Position numbers and translations under genes: made by a program. The notes under the pieces are model-generated. The model was not told the origin of the DNA and searched no databases. It worked only from the letters and a program-made list of their open reading frames with translations. From a virus, in the IMG/VR virus record IMGVR_UViG_3300037464_000010, positions 1-64,000 of that record: a DNA stretch of 64,000 nt, one strand, 5' to 3'. Shown here one piece after another: positions 52,359 to 61,898 of this stretch (positions are counted from its first letter, which is position 1; each line of letters opens with the position of its first letter).

Positions 52359-53280
52359 AAATTACGCAGTTATTTGTGGCATCCACCGCTTTCCACGGTA
52401 AAAGGTGAGGAAGATAAAGGTGGTGCGAGCAACCTCTTTCTTCTTCTTCGTAAGTAAGTATTTTATCGAACTTCTCGCATTTCCAGGAGCCATTATCTTG
52501 CGGTGTGGAATTGGTACAAGTTCGGCAGTTGACTTCTGGTTGAATAAATTCTTCGGCAGCAGAAGGATGACAAACTTCACGAAAGTTGCACCAACGACAT
52601 TGAAAGAAGTCTGGAGTCTCGGAGATGCGCGGAGGTGGTGTGGGTGCGAAGATCACTCGTTCCGCTTTTGAGCGGATTTTCTTGTAAGCGATGGGATTAT
52701 ATTCGATTCTTTCAGCGTAAAGATCATCAGTGTTTTTGTTGACGGCAATGTACATTGCGCGCTTAAGGGGATCCATAGTCTTAAGCTCGTGGCTCATCCC
52801 CATGTACGCTTGCATTTGGGTATAATGATCGGGCTTTGCTTTTTCGACACCTTTCTTTTCAAGTTCCTTAAAGCTCTTTTCGTTGTGAGTTTTAAACTCT
52901 AGGAGATGCCAGGTTTTTGGCGCTTCAGGTAATCCAACTCCAATTCCATCGAGGGACCCACCAAAATGCCCCCCGAATAGTGTGAACCTAAATTGCTTGC
53001 CAGTTGATAAATCAAAGGGTACTACAGTGACTCCAGCAGCACGAAGATCATTTATAAGACGGTCTTCTTCGTGTTTTCCAGTATCAAAGAGGCGCAAAAT
53101 GCGTGGAGGGAAGCTAATGGGGATTACCCAATGGAATCCGTACCAGATTTGCCTTTCACATTCTCGACCGATTTCAGAAGCTCCTAAGTGGTGACGTTTC
53201 CCGAAAGCTTTTTGCTTTGCGGAATAAGTCTCGAAGATCTTATCAATGGTCGAGGATATGAAAGGGGGAATGGGGACCAT
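52255..53280 (-). CDS. PD-(D/E)XK exonuclease, Cas4-like with C-terminal Cys cluster
   Basis: ..GASEIGRECERQIWY.., ..SLDGIG......LLEFKT.. (D...E.K), ..YTQMQAYM.., and CRWCNFREVC consistent with a Cas4/AddB-type Fe-S cluster. Confidence 0.65.
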   Translation of the reverse strand: MVPIPPFISSTIDKIFETYSAKQKAFGKRHHLGASEIGRECERQIWYGFHWVIPISFPPRILRLFDTGKHEEDRLINDLRAAGVTVVPFDLSTGKQFRFTLFGGHFGGSLDGIGVGLPEAPKTWHLLEFKTHNEKSFKELEKKGVEKAKPDHYTQMQAYMGMSHELKTMDPLKRAMYIAVNKNTDDLYAERIEYNPIAYKKIRSKAERVIFAPTPPPRISETPDFFQCRWCNFREVCHPSAAEEFIQPEVNCRTCTNSTPQDNGSWKCEKFDKILTYEEEERGCSHHLYLPHLLPWKAVDATNNCVIYESPDGNEIKNYEGGHISQGGVRPGRSSLVVLPS

Positions 53281-53283
53281 TGT

Positions 53284-53625
53284 TTAATTATGTGTTCCTT
53301 CGTCTATTGGCCACCCGTTTGCATCATAAATTGTCCAACCAAAATCTTTTGCCCAGGGTATTAGCGATCTATCAAGCCATTGGCTTATAGAATCAGGAAG
53401 GCTCTTTTCCCAAGCAAGACGGTCTTCGATTGAACGAAACTCAAATAGAGCCCAGACTTGATCGCCTATCGTTTGGGGTATCCAAGAACGTTTAGTATAG
53501 AATTCTGGCCAGTATTTTTTACGACGAAACTCGTCATAATAAGCAGGATCGAACACGTCTAATCGCAATGCAGAGATACAATTGTCATCAGATTCGGTCA
53601 TCATGGCGCTCGGCTTTTTAATCAA
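53284..53625 (-). CDS. hypothetical Trp-rich protein
   Basis: ORF track. Confidence 0.45.
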   Translation of the reverse strand: MIKKPSAMMTESDDNCISALRLDVFDPAYYDEFRRKKYWPEFYTKRSWIPQTIGDQVWALFEFRSIEDRLAWEKSLPDSISQWLDRSLIPWAKDFGWTIYDANGWPIDEGTHN

Positions 53626-54235
53626 GAATCTCTTTAATGCAAAAAGTAGTAGTGTTGCAGCTTACGTCGTTAAAATTTGTGAAAATAGAATAATAAGAAG
53701 CTATAAAAGTAGTAGCCCCCCTCTTCCCTGTCCATCCCACCATATAATCCTGGAAATTGTCTGGTCTGCCTTGTGTCGGATGCACCAAAAATCTAACGTC
53801 TTCCCTTCTACATTCGCCACTCTTTATCCAATCAACAGCCTCAGCTTCCATTAAAGCTAGGTCTGCAAATTGCCTAAGTCTATTTTTCAAAAGCTTACTT
53901 CTCAAATCATCCTTATTAGCGTAAGGAACCTCATCAAGCGATCCCCACCACTGCCAATCATCTATTGGGTTTCCTTGGTATAAGAACGCTTGCCACTCTT
54001 TTGTTGAGTATAGTTTCTTTTCTCTTTCCTTCTCGTGAAAAGCTTTATGGCAAGACTTGCACAAAACGGTTAGATCTCCTGGCTTTTCATTGCCCAAGTT
54101 TACGTAGGTTCGATGATGAACGTGCAGATTAAAATCGTCGTTACACAATTGACAACGCCAGTCCGCAGCTTCAAGCGCCGTTTGACGCTGGCTGTACCAC
54201 TCATAGCTCCGTAAGTAACTATAATAATCGACCAT
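53618..54235 (-). CDS. HNH endonuclease with C-terminal extension
   Basis: CQLCNDDFNLHVHHRTYVNLGNEKPGDLTVLCKSCHKAFH. Confidence 0.75.
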   Translation of the reverse strand: MVDYYSYLRSYEWYSQRQTALEAADWRCQLCNDDFNLHVHHRTYVNLGNEKPGDLTVLCKSCHKAFHEKEREKKLYSTKEWQAFLYQGNPIDDWQWWGSLDEVPYANKDDLRSKLLKNRLRQFADLALMEAEAVDWIKSGECRREDVRFLVHPTQGRPDNFQDYMVGWTGKRGATTFIASYYSIFTNFNDVSCNTTTFCIKEILD

Positions 54236-54246
54236 AATTATCGCTT

Positions 54247-54591
54247 CTAATAATCAGCTACACTTACAAGTGTATTAAGCAATCTTCTCTTAACTTGAAA
54301 AGCTGTCCTCATGCTTATTTCTAAATCCTCGGAAGCGATTTGGAATGCCGTAACAGGATCATATTGAAAGGCGTCTCCGAAAATCGTTTGTGACCCTACA
54401 ATGCGTACGTGTGTCGCTGAAAAATAATCTCCGCCACTCTCCCTACAACAAGGTAGCGCTTTAATTATCAGTCCCATTTCATCTCGATTGAATTTTCGCC
54501 CAAAGTCTAAGAGCTTTTGCTGAATAGCAAGAATACTATCATTGGATCCGCTCGTTTCTCTGACGAATTTGAGTAGGTTTTCAAAATTCAT
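54247..54591 (-). CDS. hypothetical protein
   Basis: ORF track. Confidence 0.45.
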   Translation of the reverse strand: MNFENLLKFVRETSGSNDSILAIQQKLLDFGRKFNRDEMGLIIKALPCCRESGGDYFSATHVRIVGSQTIFGDAFQYDPVTAFQIASEDLEISMRTAFQVKRRLLNTLVSVADY

Positions 54592-54788
54592 TTGTTATCA
54601 GCCTTTTCTAATGCTTGATCTATCCAATGCTCAAGCAAGGTAGTGATTTGTTCATCGCCCGGATAAGGTATATTAATATAGCTAAACCGAGTCCTTTCTA
54701 TTTCTAAGATTAGTTTCAACGCTGCCTCGTAACGTTTCTTGTAATCAATTTCAGTCACTTCAGACTCTTCGGAACCCATACGACTCAT
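54588..54788 (-). CDS. hypothetical protein
   Basis: ORF track; coupled on both sides. Confidence 0.45.
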   Translation of the reverse strand: MSRMGSEESEVTEIDYKKRYEAALKLILEIERTRFSYINIPYPGDEQITTLLEHWIDQALEKADNK

Positions 54789-55471
54789 TTTTTAATCGCC
54801 TCTCTTCGCACTGGTACGCAAGCTTCGCCGTCTTCATGGAGTAGTCGATCCATGTCGTCAAAGGTAACGTAACAGTCACCATTTATCCCCCAATCCTGTC
54901 CCCAGGAATTGTGGAGAACGATTCGTTTGTGCTTGATATTAACTCCCCTTGCGAGAATCGCATGGCCCCCTGCAATACCTCCGCTTACTCGGATGAACCC
55001 TGAAGAATCGGGACGGTACATATCTTGATACCAATTAATCCCCAGAACGACTGGCCCGTGATATCCAAGGGTAAGGATGAGATCGTTCAGTCCGAAACCC
55101 CAACGGTACTCGGTGATGGCGGCAGGAAAGAATTGTTGAACAGCTCTAATACCCGCAATGATGGATGTGCCGTTGTAATTTTCACCAATCCATTGGTCGA
55201 GCTTCTTTGCTTGTTTGTAAATTGCGAGTGCGGTGTCGTTAAAAATACCTTTTTGGGCGCTTGGTCTTGCGGCAAGTTCATGAGCCCATGCAAAACCAAC
55301 ACAAGCTCCTTCTTGACCCTGGTCTAGCCAAGAGTTGCATTGCCAAGTATATGAGCGCGGCTTCTTCGCTTGAAGTAACTCTCGAATAGGGTACTCTCGA
55401 CTTCTTTCGTCGAACTGAACCAATCTATCTAAACGTGGATCTGCTTCGCTCATTTTCCCTCTATCAACCAA
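54785..55471 (-). CDS. papain-like (C1 family-like) cysteine peptidase
   Basis: Q..EGACVGFAWAHE (Gln + catalytic Cys), GGHAILARG (His) and HNSWGQDWGINGDCYV (Asn-Ser-Trp) align with papain GSCWAFS / DHAV / NSWG..WGE.GY. Confidence 0.65.
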   Translation of the reverse strand: MVDRGKMSEADPRLDRLVQFDERSREYPIRELLQAKKPRSYTWQCNSWLDQGQEGACVGFAWAHELAARPSAQKGIFNDTALAIYKQAKKLDQWIGENYNGTSIIAGIRAVQQFFPAAITEYRWGFGLNDLILTLGYHGPVVLGINWYQDMYRPDSSGFIRVSGGIAGGHAILARGVNIKHKRIVLHNSWGQDWGINGDCYVTFDDMDRLLHEDGEACVPVRREAIKK

Positions 55472-55665
55472 TCAATTAAATCTTTTAATTTTTCTGCCTT
55501 AACATCCGGAAAGTCCTTGAAACAATACTCCCTAGAGACTGAATCAAAGAACGCCTTAGTAATAGATAGCGATAGGCTCGGATAGGTGCGAGTTATTATT
55601 AGCTTCCGCTTACCGTCTTCGCTCAGTAACTCCTGAGTACTCTCGTAAGTTATCTCTTTCATCAT
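55450..55665 (-). CDS. hypothetical protein
   Basis: ORF track. Confidence 0.45.
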   Translation of the reverse strand: MMKEITYESTQELLSEDGKRKLIITRTYPSLSLSITKAFFDSVSREYCFKDFPDVKAEKLKDLIDWLIEGK

Positions 55666-55732
55666 CTGAAAATTAGTGGCCGTTTATCCGATACGGCCAA
55701 ACGTTTGCCAGAAGAAGGACGTGTGGTAACGA

Positions 55733-56209
55733 TTAATTTCTTTCCCAAGGCGCGGCATCAGAATTCTTTGCCGCATTCGATGCTTTTTGAGTTGCTTGTT
55801 TTGTTGTAGCTACGTCCCCCTCGGCGAGGTACTTCATAATTCGGTTGCTGCTTTGAAATCCGTCTTTTGCTGGCTGAACATCAACAAGAGCGCGAAACGG
55901 GATGTTGTGAAGCTCCTCTGTATCTGAAACGACGCGACGGATGCCACATGCGTAACAGAGTTGCTTTAGCGAGGACCTAGCCATGTTTCGAGCTTGATCT
56001 TTCTCGTGCCAAAGATTTAGGTTGTTCCAGATTCGTCGGTCTTTATAGGGACCATCAACGATTTGGTGTGTAAGACTCATGTATTTTCCACCACTCTGGG
56101 AGGTTTTAATCTCCGAGTCGAGGATCACCATTGTGTACTCCCCTGATGGTACTGGATTACTAACATCAATTTCATCATCGGGGTTAAACCCCCCATCTAT
56201 ACGTGCCAT
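55733..56209 (-). CDS. DUF669-type phage ssDNA-binding-like protein
   Basis: ..VPSGEYTMVILDSEIKTSQSGGKYMSLTHQIVDGPYKDRRIWNNLNLWH......ARSSLKQLCYACGI matches the DUF669 pattern; sits next to a Sak4-like ATPase, as is usual. Confidence 0.6.
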   Translation of the reverse strand: MARIDGGFNPDDEIDVSNPVPSGEYTMVILDSEIKTSQSGGKYMSLTHQIVDGPYKDRRIWNNLNLWHEKDQARNMARSSLKQLCYACGIRRVVSDTEELHNIPFRALVDVQPAKDGFQSSNRIMKYLAEGDVATTKQATQKASNAAKNSDAAPWERN

Positions 56210-56230
56210 TCTTTGTTCTCCTATTTTTGT

Positions 56231-57049
56231 TTAAACTTTCTTTTCATCGTTTTGTTGTTCTTCTTGAGTTGGTTCTTCTTTCTTAAATTTCTTGCCCTCC
56301 TGTGCTTGTTTACGTCCTTGAGCTATTGCATCCCACATAGCTCCCCACTCCATTGGTAGCTCGGGAGGGAGTCTATAAGAATTCTTTGCATGAAACGCGG
56401 GGCGTTCTTCGGTGTAAATAGTTCTTGCACCAGTTCCTACTCCCCGAGACTGTTTCTTTCCAAAACCTACATCTTCTTTGGCTACAAAGGTTTTGTAGTT
56501 TAAAAAGAAAACGCAATCGGTCCATTCTTCGCACGTTGAAGCCGCTTTATCGTGGAGATCTAGTTGATATCGATCGTACGGCTCGGCTTCCGGATTGTTG
56601 AAACGTTTAATATTGGAATGGGCGATCAGAATAATTCCCATTCCCTTATCGTTTCGGAGCGCATCCATCCCTCGAAGCAGTTTATCAAAGTATGGTGCGG
56701 CAAACAGGTACCCTTTTCCGTAGTCGGAAAAAACCTTGTCTCCGTGTTCGGCTCGAACTTCTTCGTGGACTAGTTTTTCGAACCAATCGAGGGAGTCTAG
56801 AACGACCGTTTTAAAGGAATGGTCTTCCTTGTATAGAGTCACCAAGCATGAGGTGACGTCCGAAACAGATTTGCACAGAGGGAATTTTGCCGTATCGATG
56901 TGGGCGATGCGATCTTCTGTTTGAATGAAGATGGGATTCGGAGCGTTTGAAGCGAGAGTTGACTTACCTATTCCGTGAACACCGTAGAGGACGATACGCG
57001 GGGGGACGGACTCAACTCCCCGTTTTATTGAGTTTAAATCGAATGCCAT
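56231..57049 (-). CDS. Sak4-like (AAA_24) recombination ATPase
   Basis: Walker A LYGVHGIGKSTLA and Walker B-like VVLDSLD; size and synteny with DUF669. Confidence 0.7.
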   Translation of the reverse strand: MAFDLNSIKRGVESVPPRIVLYGVHGIGKSTLASNAPNPIFIQTEDRIAHIDTAKFPLCKSVSDVTSCLVTLYKEDHSFKTVVLDSLDWFEKLVHEEVRAEHGDKVFSDYGKGYLFAAPYFDKLLRGMDALRNDKGMGIILIAHSNIKRFNNPEAEPYDRYQLDLHDKAASTCEEWTDCVFFLNYKTFVAKEDVGFGKKQSRGVGTGARTIYTEERPAFHAKNSYRLPPELPMEWGAMWDAIAQGRKQAQEGKKFKKEEPTQEEQQNDEKKV

Positions 57050-57096
57050 TGGTTCCTTTGTCTTTTTGTTTGTCTTTTATTTTGTAAATTATTCCT

Positions 57097-57870
57097 TTAA
57101 GCAGTTCCGCTCATTGTTCGTAGTATTTGGTGCGCGTGGTTTATTAACGAGTAGACCATCCCAATCTGAGCATCCTCTTGTTCCATTTTGGCATGGAAAA
57201 TGAGGAGTGCGGCGAGGGCTTGTACAAGGCTCTCAACTCGTTCTGCTTTATTTGTTATATGGGGTCCAGCACCCTCGGCACTTTTAGAGAGTACGAATCT
57301 TATAACCTCGTAAAAGTCCGCGATATTTTTTGAAGTGCAGAATTTAGCGTCGAGGAACCCTCGGACATAGGCAATAACTTCGTCATCAATCGGAGTAGAA
57401 CTACGGATTAGATTTTCAAGTTCCGCTCGTCCTTCTTCCGTTATAAGATGTTCGTGGGGGCTTTGAGGCGCTTCTGTTACTTTTGCTCCACTTTCTTCTT
57501 GGAGGGCTTCGAGCATCTGTAAGAAGTGCGGATCGTTTTCCTTCAGAACCTCATCTGATTCAGGGTACTTGAAATTTTCGGGATCCTTATCGCCGGTAGG
57601 TGCATCATTAACTGCGATGGAGTGAAAGTCGTATCGATAAATCTTGACGGTACTCGGCCCTTCGGAACCGCCTGAATTATCGAGCGTTGTGAGGTCTTCT
57701 AGAATTTGACCAATAACAGCCTCATCATCGCCTGATGCTATGGCAATCATTGGTGTTGGATAATCAGACCTATCAAGGGTCGTAACAATGAACCGCTCAC
57801 GTCCATCAGCATCAACACAAACTGCGATGTAAAGTCTTCGTAGTTGGTGGTGTTCTACAAGTTGAGACAT
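57097..57870 (-). CDS. hypothetical protein (first gene of leftward operon)
   Basis: ORF track, 257 aa. Confidence 0.55.
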   Translation of the reverse strand: MSQLVEHHQLRRLYIAVCVDADGRERFIVTTLDRSDYPTPMIAIASGDDEAVIGQILEDLTTLDNSGGSEGPSTVKIYRYDFHSIAVNDAPTGDKDPENFKYPESDEVLKENDPHFLQMLEALQEESGAKVTEAPQSPHEHLITEEGRAELENLIRSSTPIDDEVIAYVRGFLDAKFCTSKNIADFYEVIRFVLSKSAEGAGPHITNKAERVESLVQALAALLIFHAKMEQEDAQIGMVYSLINHAHQILRTMSGTA

Positions 57871-58057
57871 AATAATTTTCTATTAATTGTTTTCGTTATT
57901 TCGTATAACCAGTGTTTATAGAGACTCTTCCAAAATCTTTAAACAGTCAAGTACAAAAATAAAAAAATAAGATATTGACGGTTTCAGAGTTTGCGCTTAT
58001 CGATGAAAGTCCAACTCTCGATTTTGAAGTGTCAAAATATTTACGAAGAAATAGAAG

Positions 58058-58258
58058 ATGAAATTTAACGATATCATTGAACGTTGTGGCGGGGAAATAG
58101 ATCTTTCTTACAAGCTACGCGCAACACAATTTGCTATTGCACAATGGAAAACACGCGGAATACCAGAAAGGTATTGGGGCCAGATTACTAAGCTCGCCAA
58201 GTGTACTGTTGAAGATCTCCACAAACTTAATGAGGAACTTCGACAAAAACGAAAGTAG
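58058..58258 (+). CDS. YdaS/Cro-like HTH protein
   Basis: ..CGGEIDLSYKLRATQFAIAQWKTRGIPERYW.. follows the YdaS-type Cro-like pattern; first gene of the rightward operon at a divergent junction. Confidence 0.5.
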   Translation: MKFNDIIERCGGEIDLSYKLRATQFAIAQWKTRGIPERYWGQITKLAKCTVEDLHKLNEELRQKRK

Positions 58259-60517
58259 ATGAAGATCACAATTTTCCCGAGCGTAACACAGACTCAAGGT
58301 AGAGAGATAAATCTTCCGTGGGAGGAATTTGTAAATCAATATTTAAAGGAATTCGATCCGCGCACTACAAAAGACGGTCCACTTTATAGTTTCGCAAACT
58401 ATGAAGGAACACCAAAAAGAGCGGATGTAAATGTGGTGGGGTTATCAGGAGCTATTCTCGACTTTGATAACTCTGATGGTGTGGGGGCGACGGCAAGATG
58501 CATCGCTTCACCAACAATTCCTGATGATGTAGAGACCGAACTTCACGGCCTTACCTACGCAGTTCATTCAAGTTTCTCGAATTCGGAATCATGGCCGAAA
58601 TGGAGGCTAGCAATACCTTTTGATAGGACGGTGAAACCTCATGAGTGGCGAGCGGTATTTGAAGGGCTCCTCTTTAAACTTGGTGGCCTTGACGGGATCG
58701 ATCCAAGTTGTGGCGATTTGTCGCGGTCATATTGGCTCCCATCGTGTCCTCCAAATATGCTCGGAGTCGCCTTCTCCCGATACTATGAGGGGGCACTCAT
58801 CTCGAGTGACGAACTTATCGAGAATTCAGGAATCGTGGTTACCGAATCGGCTGGACCTTCCACCAATTTACAGGTGGGACACGGAAGCAATGGTTCAGGA
58901 AATACTGACTATTCAAAAGAAAAAAGCACAAATGGAAGTAAGCAAGCTCTCGGAAGAAACAACCATCTTAAAGCGGTTATCGCTGCAATGCTTGAACGTG
59001 GCGAGCCGATTCCTAAGATTCTTGAAGAGATTCTTAGGGAAGACCAAAAGCATAATCCTCCGCTTTTTACAGATACCTCAGAAGGATACAATTTCGGAGC
59101 CGAAGCTGGAGCGATGCGTTTTCTTTCCTCCATCGTCAAGTCGATTAATACGACCCGTGTTAACAACGGAAAAGATCCTATCGTTTCGGGAAACCTTGAA
59201 GGAGAACGAAACGCGAAAGTGGGAGGTCAACCATTCACTGGATTCACTCCTTTACCTGAAAAATTCTTTCAAGCGCCGGGACTAGTCGGAGAGACCTACC
59301 AGTATATTGTTTCTAGCTCCATTAAACCTCAGCCTGAACTCGCTCTTGCAGCAGCGTTTGCAGCTTGCGGAACTGTGATGGGGAGAAAGATTCGAACGGA
59401 AACAAACCTCCGAACGGCTCTATACTTTTTATCGCTCATTGAAACTGGTGGCGGTAAGGATTGGCCCAGGAAAGCCATTCAACGAATCTTTAATTCAATA
59501 GGGCGATACGATCGCGCTGAAACTGAGGACGTAACTTCGGACGTAGCTATCTTTGAGGCTTTAGCTCGGTGTCCCTCTCAAGTGCTTCTCCTGGACGAAT
59601 TCGGACGGTGGTTAAAGGCGGCAGGTAGCCCTCTCCATAATCAGAACCTCTATGCAGTACCGGGGGCACTTCTTAGGCTCTTTGGATCTGCTGGAGGACC
59701 GTTCATGGGGAAGTCCTATGCGAGTAGAACCAACAATCGTTTGATTCAACAGCCCAACCTATCCCTACTGGCAACATCGGTTGAGAGACACTTTTATGAG
59801 GCAATAACCAGCGCAGCAGTGGAGGATGGGCTTCTGAACCGGATGATATTTCTACCGAGCCAAGATCCCGACCCCATGATGAGAAACGTGCGGAACTTTG
59901 ACCCACCAGAAACGCTCATAGAGCAGTTTAGGGCCTGGGAGGAGTTGGGGTATAGGCAGGACGGAAATCTTGCCACCCTGGAGGCAGCGGAGGGTCTACC
60001 ACCAGAACCAAGGGAGGTTCCTTACACCAAAGAAGCGGCAGAGATCTTCGTTCAGTTTGAGAAGGATTTATGGAATCGGCGGGCAGCTCTTAGAAAGGAT
60101 GGTTTCGCTGGACTCTTTACGAGAGCTGCTGACAACGCCAAGCGGGTGGCCCTTGTTCTCGCGGGGGGCCAGGACATCGTTTCACCAAGGATTACAGAGG
60201 CCGATGCCCTCTATGCGACAACCTTTGTTTTAACTTGTGTTGAGAACATGCTCCTCGCTGTAAAGCACCATGTGTCTGACACCAAGTTAGAGACTCAGCA
60301 GAAAAGTGTCTTAAGGGTCATTAGGGAGGCTGGTGAGAACGGAGTCACGCTCCATGAGATTGGTCGAAGAACAAAGTCCTTATTGCGTAAAAAGGAAAGA
60401 GAGGAGATACTTGACGATCTGGAGTCAATGGGCTTTGTCTCAAAAAACGTAGATTATTCAGCTAGTAAGCGCCCTAAGACCTTTTACTACTACCTTGGAG
60501 AAGGAAACGAGCATTAA
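58259..60517 (+). CDS. replicase: AEP primase-like N-terminus plus DUF3987-type helicase-like C-terminus
   Basis: AILDFDN (DxD) and YAVHSS (sxH) AEP-like motifs in the N-terminal third. The C-terminal region ..PQPELALAAAFAACGTVMGRKI.....LYFLSLIETGGGKD.. resembles DUF3987. Followed by iterons. Confidence 0.6.
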   Translation: MKITIFPSVTQTQGREINLPWEEFVNQYLKEFDPRTTKDGPLYSFANYEGTPKRADVNVVGLSGAILDFDNSDGVGATARCIASPTIPDDVETELHGLTYAVHSSFSNSESWPKWRLAIPFDRTVKPHEWRAVFEGLLFKLGGLDGIDPSCGDLSRSYWLPSCPPNMLGVAFSRYYEGALISSDELIENSGIVVTESAGPSTNLQVGHGSNGSGNTDYSKEKSTNGSKQALGRNNHLKAVIAAMLERGEPIPKILEEILREDQKHNPPLFTDTSEGYNFGAEAGAMRFLSSIVKSINTTRVNNGKDPIVSGNLEGERNAKVGGQPFTGFTPLPEKFFQAPGLVGETYQYIVSSSIKPQPELALAAAFAACGTVMGRKIRTETNLRTALYFLSLIETGGGKDWPRKAIQRIFNSIGRYDRAETEDVTSDVAIFEALARCPSQVLLLDEFGRWLKAAGSPLHNQNLYAVPGALLRLFGSAGGPFMGKSYASRTNNRLIQQPNLSLLATSVERHFYEAITSAAVEDGLLNRMIFLPSQDPDPMMRNVRNFDPPETLIEQFRAWEELGYRQDGNLATLEAAEGLPPEPREVPYTKEAAEIFVQFEKDLWNRRAALRKDGFAGLFTRAADNAKRVALVLAGGQDIVSPRITEADALYATTFVLTCVENMLLAVKHHVSDTKLETQQKSVLRVIREAGENGVTLHEIGRRTKSLLRKKEREEILDDLESMGFVSKNVDYSASKRPKTFYYYLGEGNEH

Positions 60518-60547
60518 CAAGTGCTCAGTGATTCAGTCGGGCATTAA

Positions 60548-60937
60548 ATGGATTAAGTGGGAAACTGTCCATTAAGTGTCCGGACACTTAATAACGGGCT
60601 AACATCCGGGAATCACTCACTAAATAACACTGTTTCTTGTAAGTGGATAAGTGTCCAGGGGGATCCCTTCTCGGAATACATCTATAAGGTGTAAACGGGT
60701 AGTCCATTTTATAATATAACAAAACACATATATTAATTTAATACTTGTTTTAGTGTTTACACTATAGTTCTATTCGTTTATCTAATTTCAGCGAAGATAG
60801 AAGGTAGGTGGACACTTGTCCACTTAATCGTTTTTGCCTGTTTTTGGTGGTTGCACTGCAAGAAAATCAACGAGTTAGAGTCGATATTAAGTGGCGGACA
60901 CTTAATGGACACTTAATGGACACTTAATCCACTTATT
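60548..60937. repeat. iteron-containing putative replication origin
   Basis: GGACACTTAAT x3 in perfect tandem (60896-60928); a 22-bp perfect palindrome ATTAAGTGTCC/GGACACTTAAT (60571-60592); further partial copies near 60552, 60645, 60808 and 60886; an AT-rich block at 60700-60780. Confidence 0.6.
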
Positions 60938-61168
60938 GTTTGAATTTTCTCTCCCTTAAAGAGATCCAAATAGAACAGTATTCTATTTATTACCCTCCTT
61001 TTTTCGCTTTTACGCAGTTAGTGCGAAATATTTTTTCATTATAAGTCCCAATTATTCTTGTCTTAACTATAAGTGTGTGTTATAGTCGGGGTGAAGTTTG
61101 AGGCAAAGCAAATCTTCGAAAACCTGGGGAGCACTAATGGAAACGGAAATCTTCAAGATAAACGGTAC

Positions 61169-61399
61169 ATGCCAAAAATTCGCACAGCTAAGACAAAGCG
61201 CCGCAAGGTCAACCAAGGGGTTCTAAGAGCAGTTGAGGTAGCAGGGAGCCAGATGGCTCTAGCAGACCTCCTGGGAGTCCGTCAGCCAGCCGTCTTTAGG
61301 TGGCTTTACTCGAACGTGACTCCTGAGCGAGCTAAGGAGATTGAGGACGCCACAGGGGTTCCTAGAGGCTTAATACGCCCCGACATATTTGGTGAGTAA
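61169..61399 (+). CDS. YdaS/Cro-like HTH protein
   Basis: ORF track 61073..61399 trimmed to the ATG at 61169; ..AGSQMALADLLGVRQPAVFRWL......PERAKEIEDATG. Confidence 0.5.
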   Translation: MPKIRTAKTKRRKVNQGVLRAVEVAGSQMALADLLGVRQPAVFRWLYSNVTPERAKEIEDATGVPRGLIRPDIFGE

Positions 61400-61401
61400 G
61401 A

Positions 61402-61893
61402 ATGGGAACGAATTTTTTTCTGATTTCCTCTGACACGAGTCTTTCGAGGGAGGATCTTCATATTGGCAAGCGGTCAGCGGCAGGACTCTATTGTTGGGAC
61501 TGTGATCGAACGTTGTGTGTGGGTGGCAATAGGGGAGTTCACCGAGGTGACGAGTTCTTGAGTCACTGCCCTCAGTGTGGGAAAGGACCTGATACGGAGG
61601 GGGTTGAATCTTCTAGCGTAGGGCGGGAACTGGGGTTCAATAACGGTCCGTTTGAACTAAAGAAGGGTGTTCGGTCGTGTAGCTCTTTTACGTGGGCTGT
61701 AGAGCCCGAGCAGATGTTTTTAAAGATTATCACTAGCCTTTGGGAGAATCCTAATTTCTTTGACTTCGATCTCTTTGAACGGCCTCAGTTTGAGGATGAG
61801 TATGGGCGGCAATATTCATTTCAAGAGTTTCATATGGTGTTAAAGGAATGTCCGATTCGGTTCTACGACATGATTGGAAAAGAGTTTTGCTAA
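61402..61893 (+). CDS. hypothetical protein with CxxC..CxxC insertion (paralog of next gene)
   Basis: ORF track; shares TNFFLIS..EDLHIGK..AG, FTWAVEPE and YSFQEFHMVLKECPIRFYDMIGKEF blocks with 61899..62165. Confidence 0.5.
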   Translation: MGTNFFLISSDTSLSREDLHIGKRSAAGLYCWDCDRTLCVGGNRGVHRGDEFLSHCPQCGKGPDTEGVESSSVGRELGFNNGPFELKKGVRSCSSFTWAVEPEQMFLKIITSLWENPNFFDFDLFERPQFEDEYGRQYSFQEFHMVLKECPIRFYDMIGKEFC

Positions 61894-61898
61894 CTAAA

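Noticed and set aside
58641-59285. A 214-aa alternative-frame plus-strand ORF inside the replicase gene
   Set aside because: It is fully nested in 58259..60517, whose frame carries the recognisable AEP and DUF3987-like motifs. Its translation is Ser/Arg/Leu-rich.
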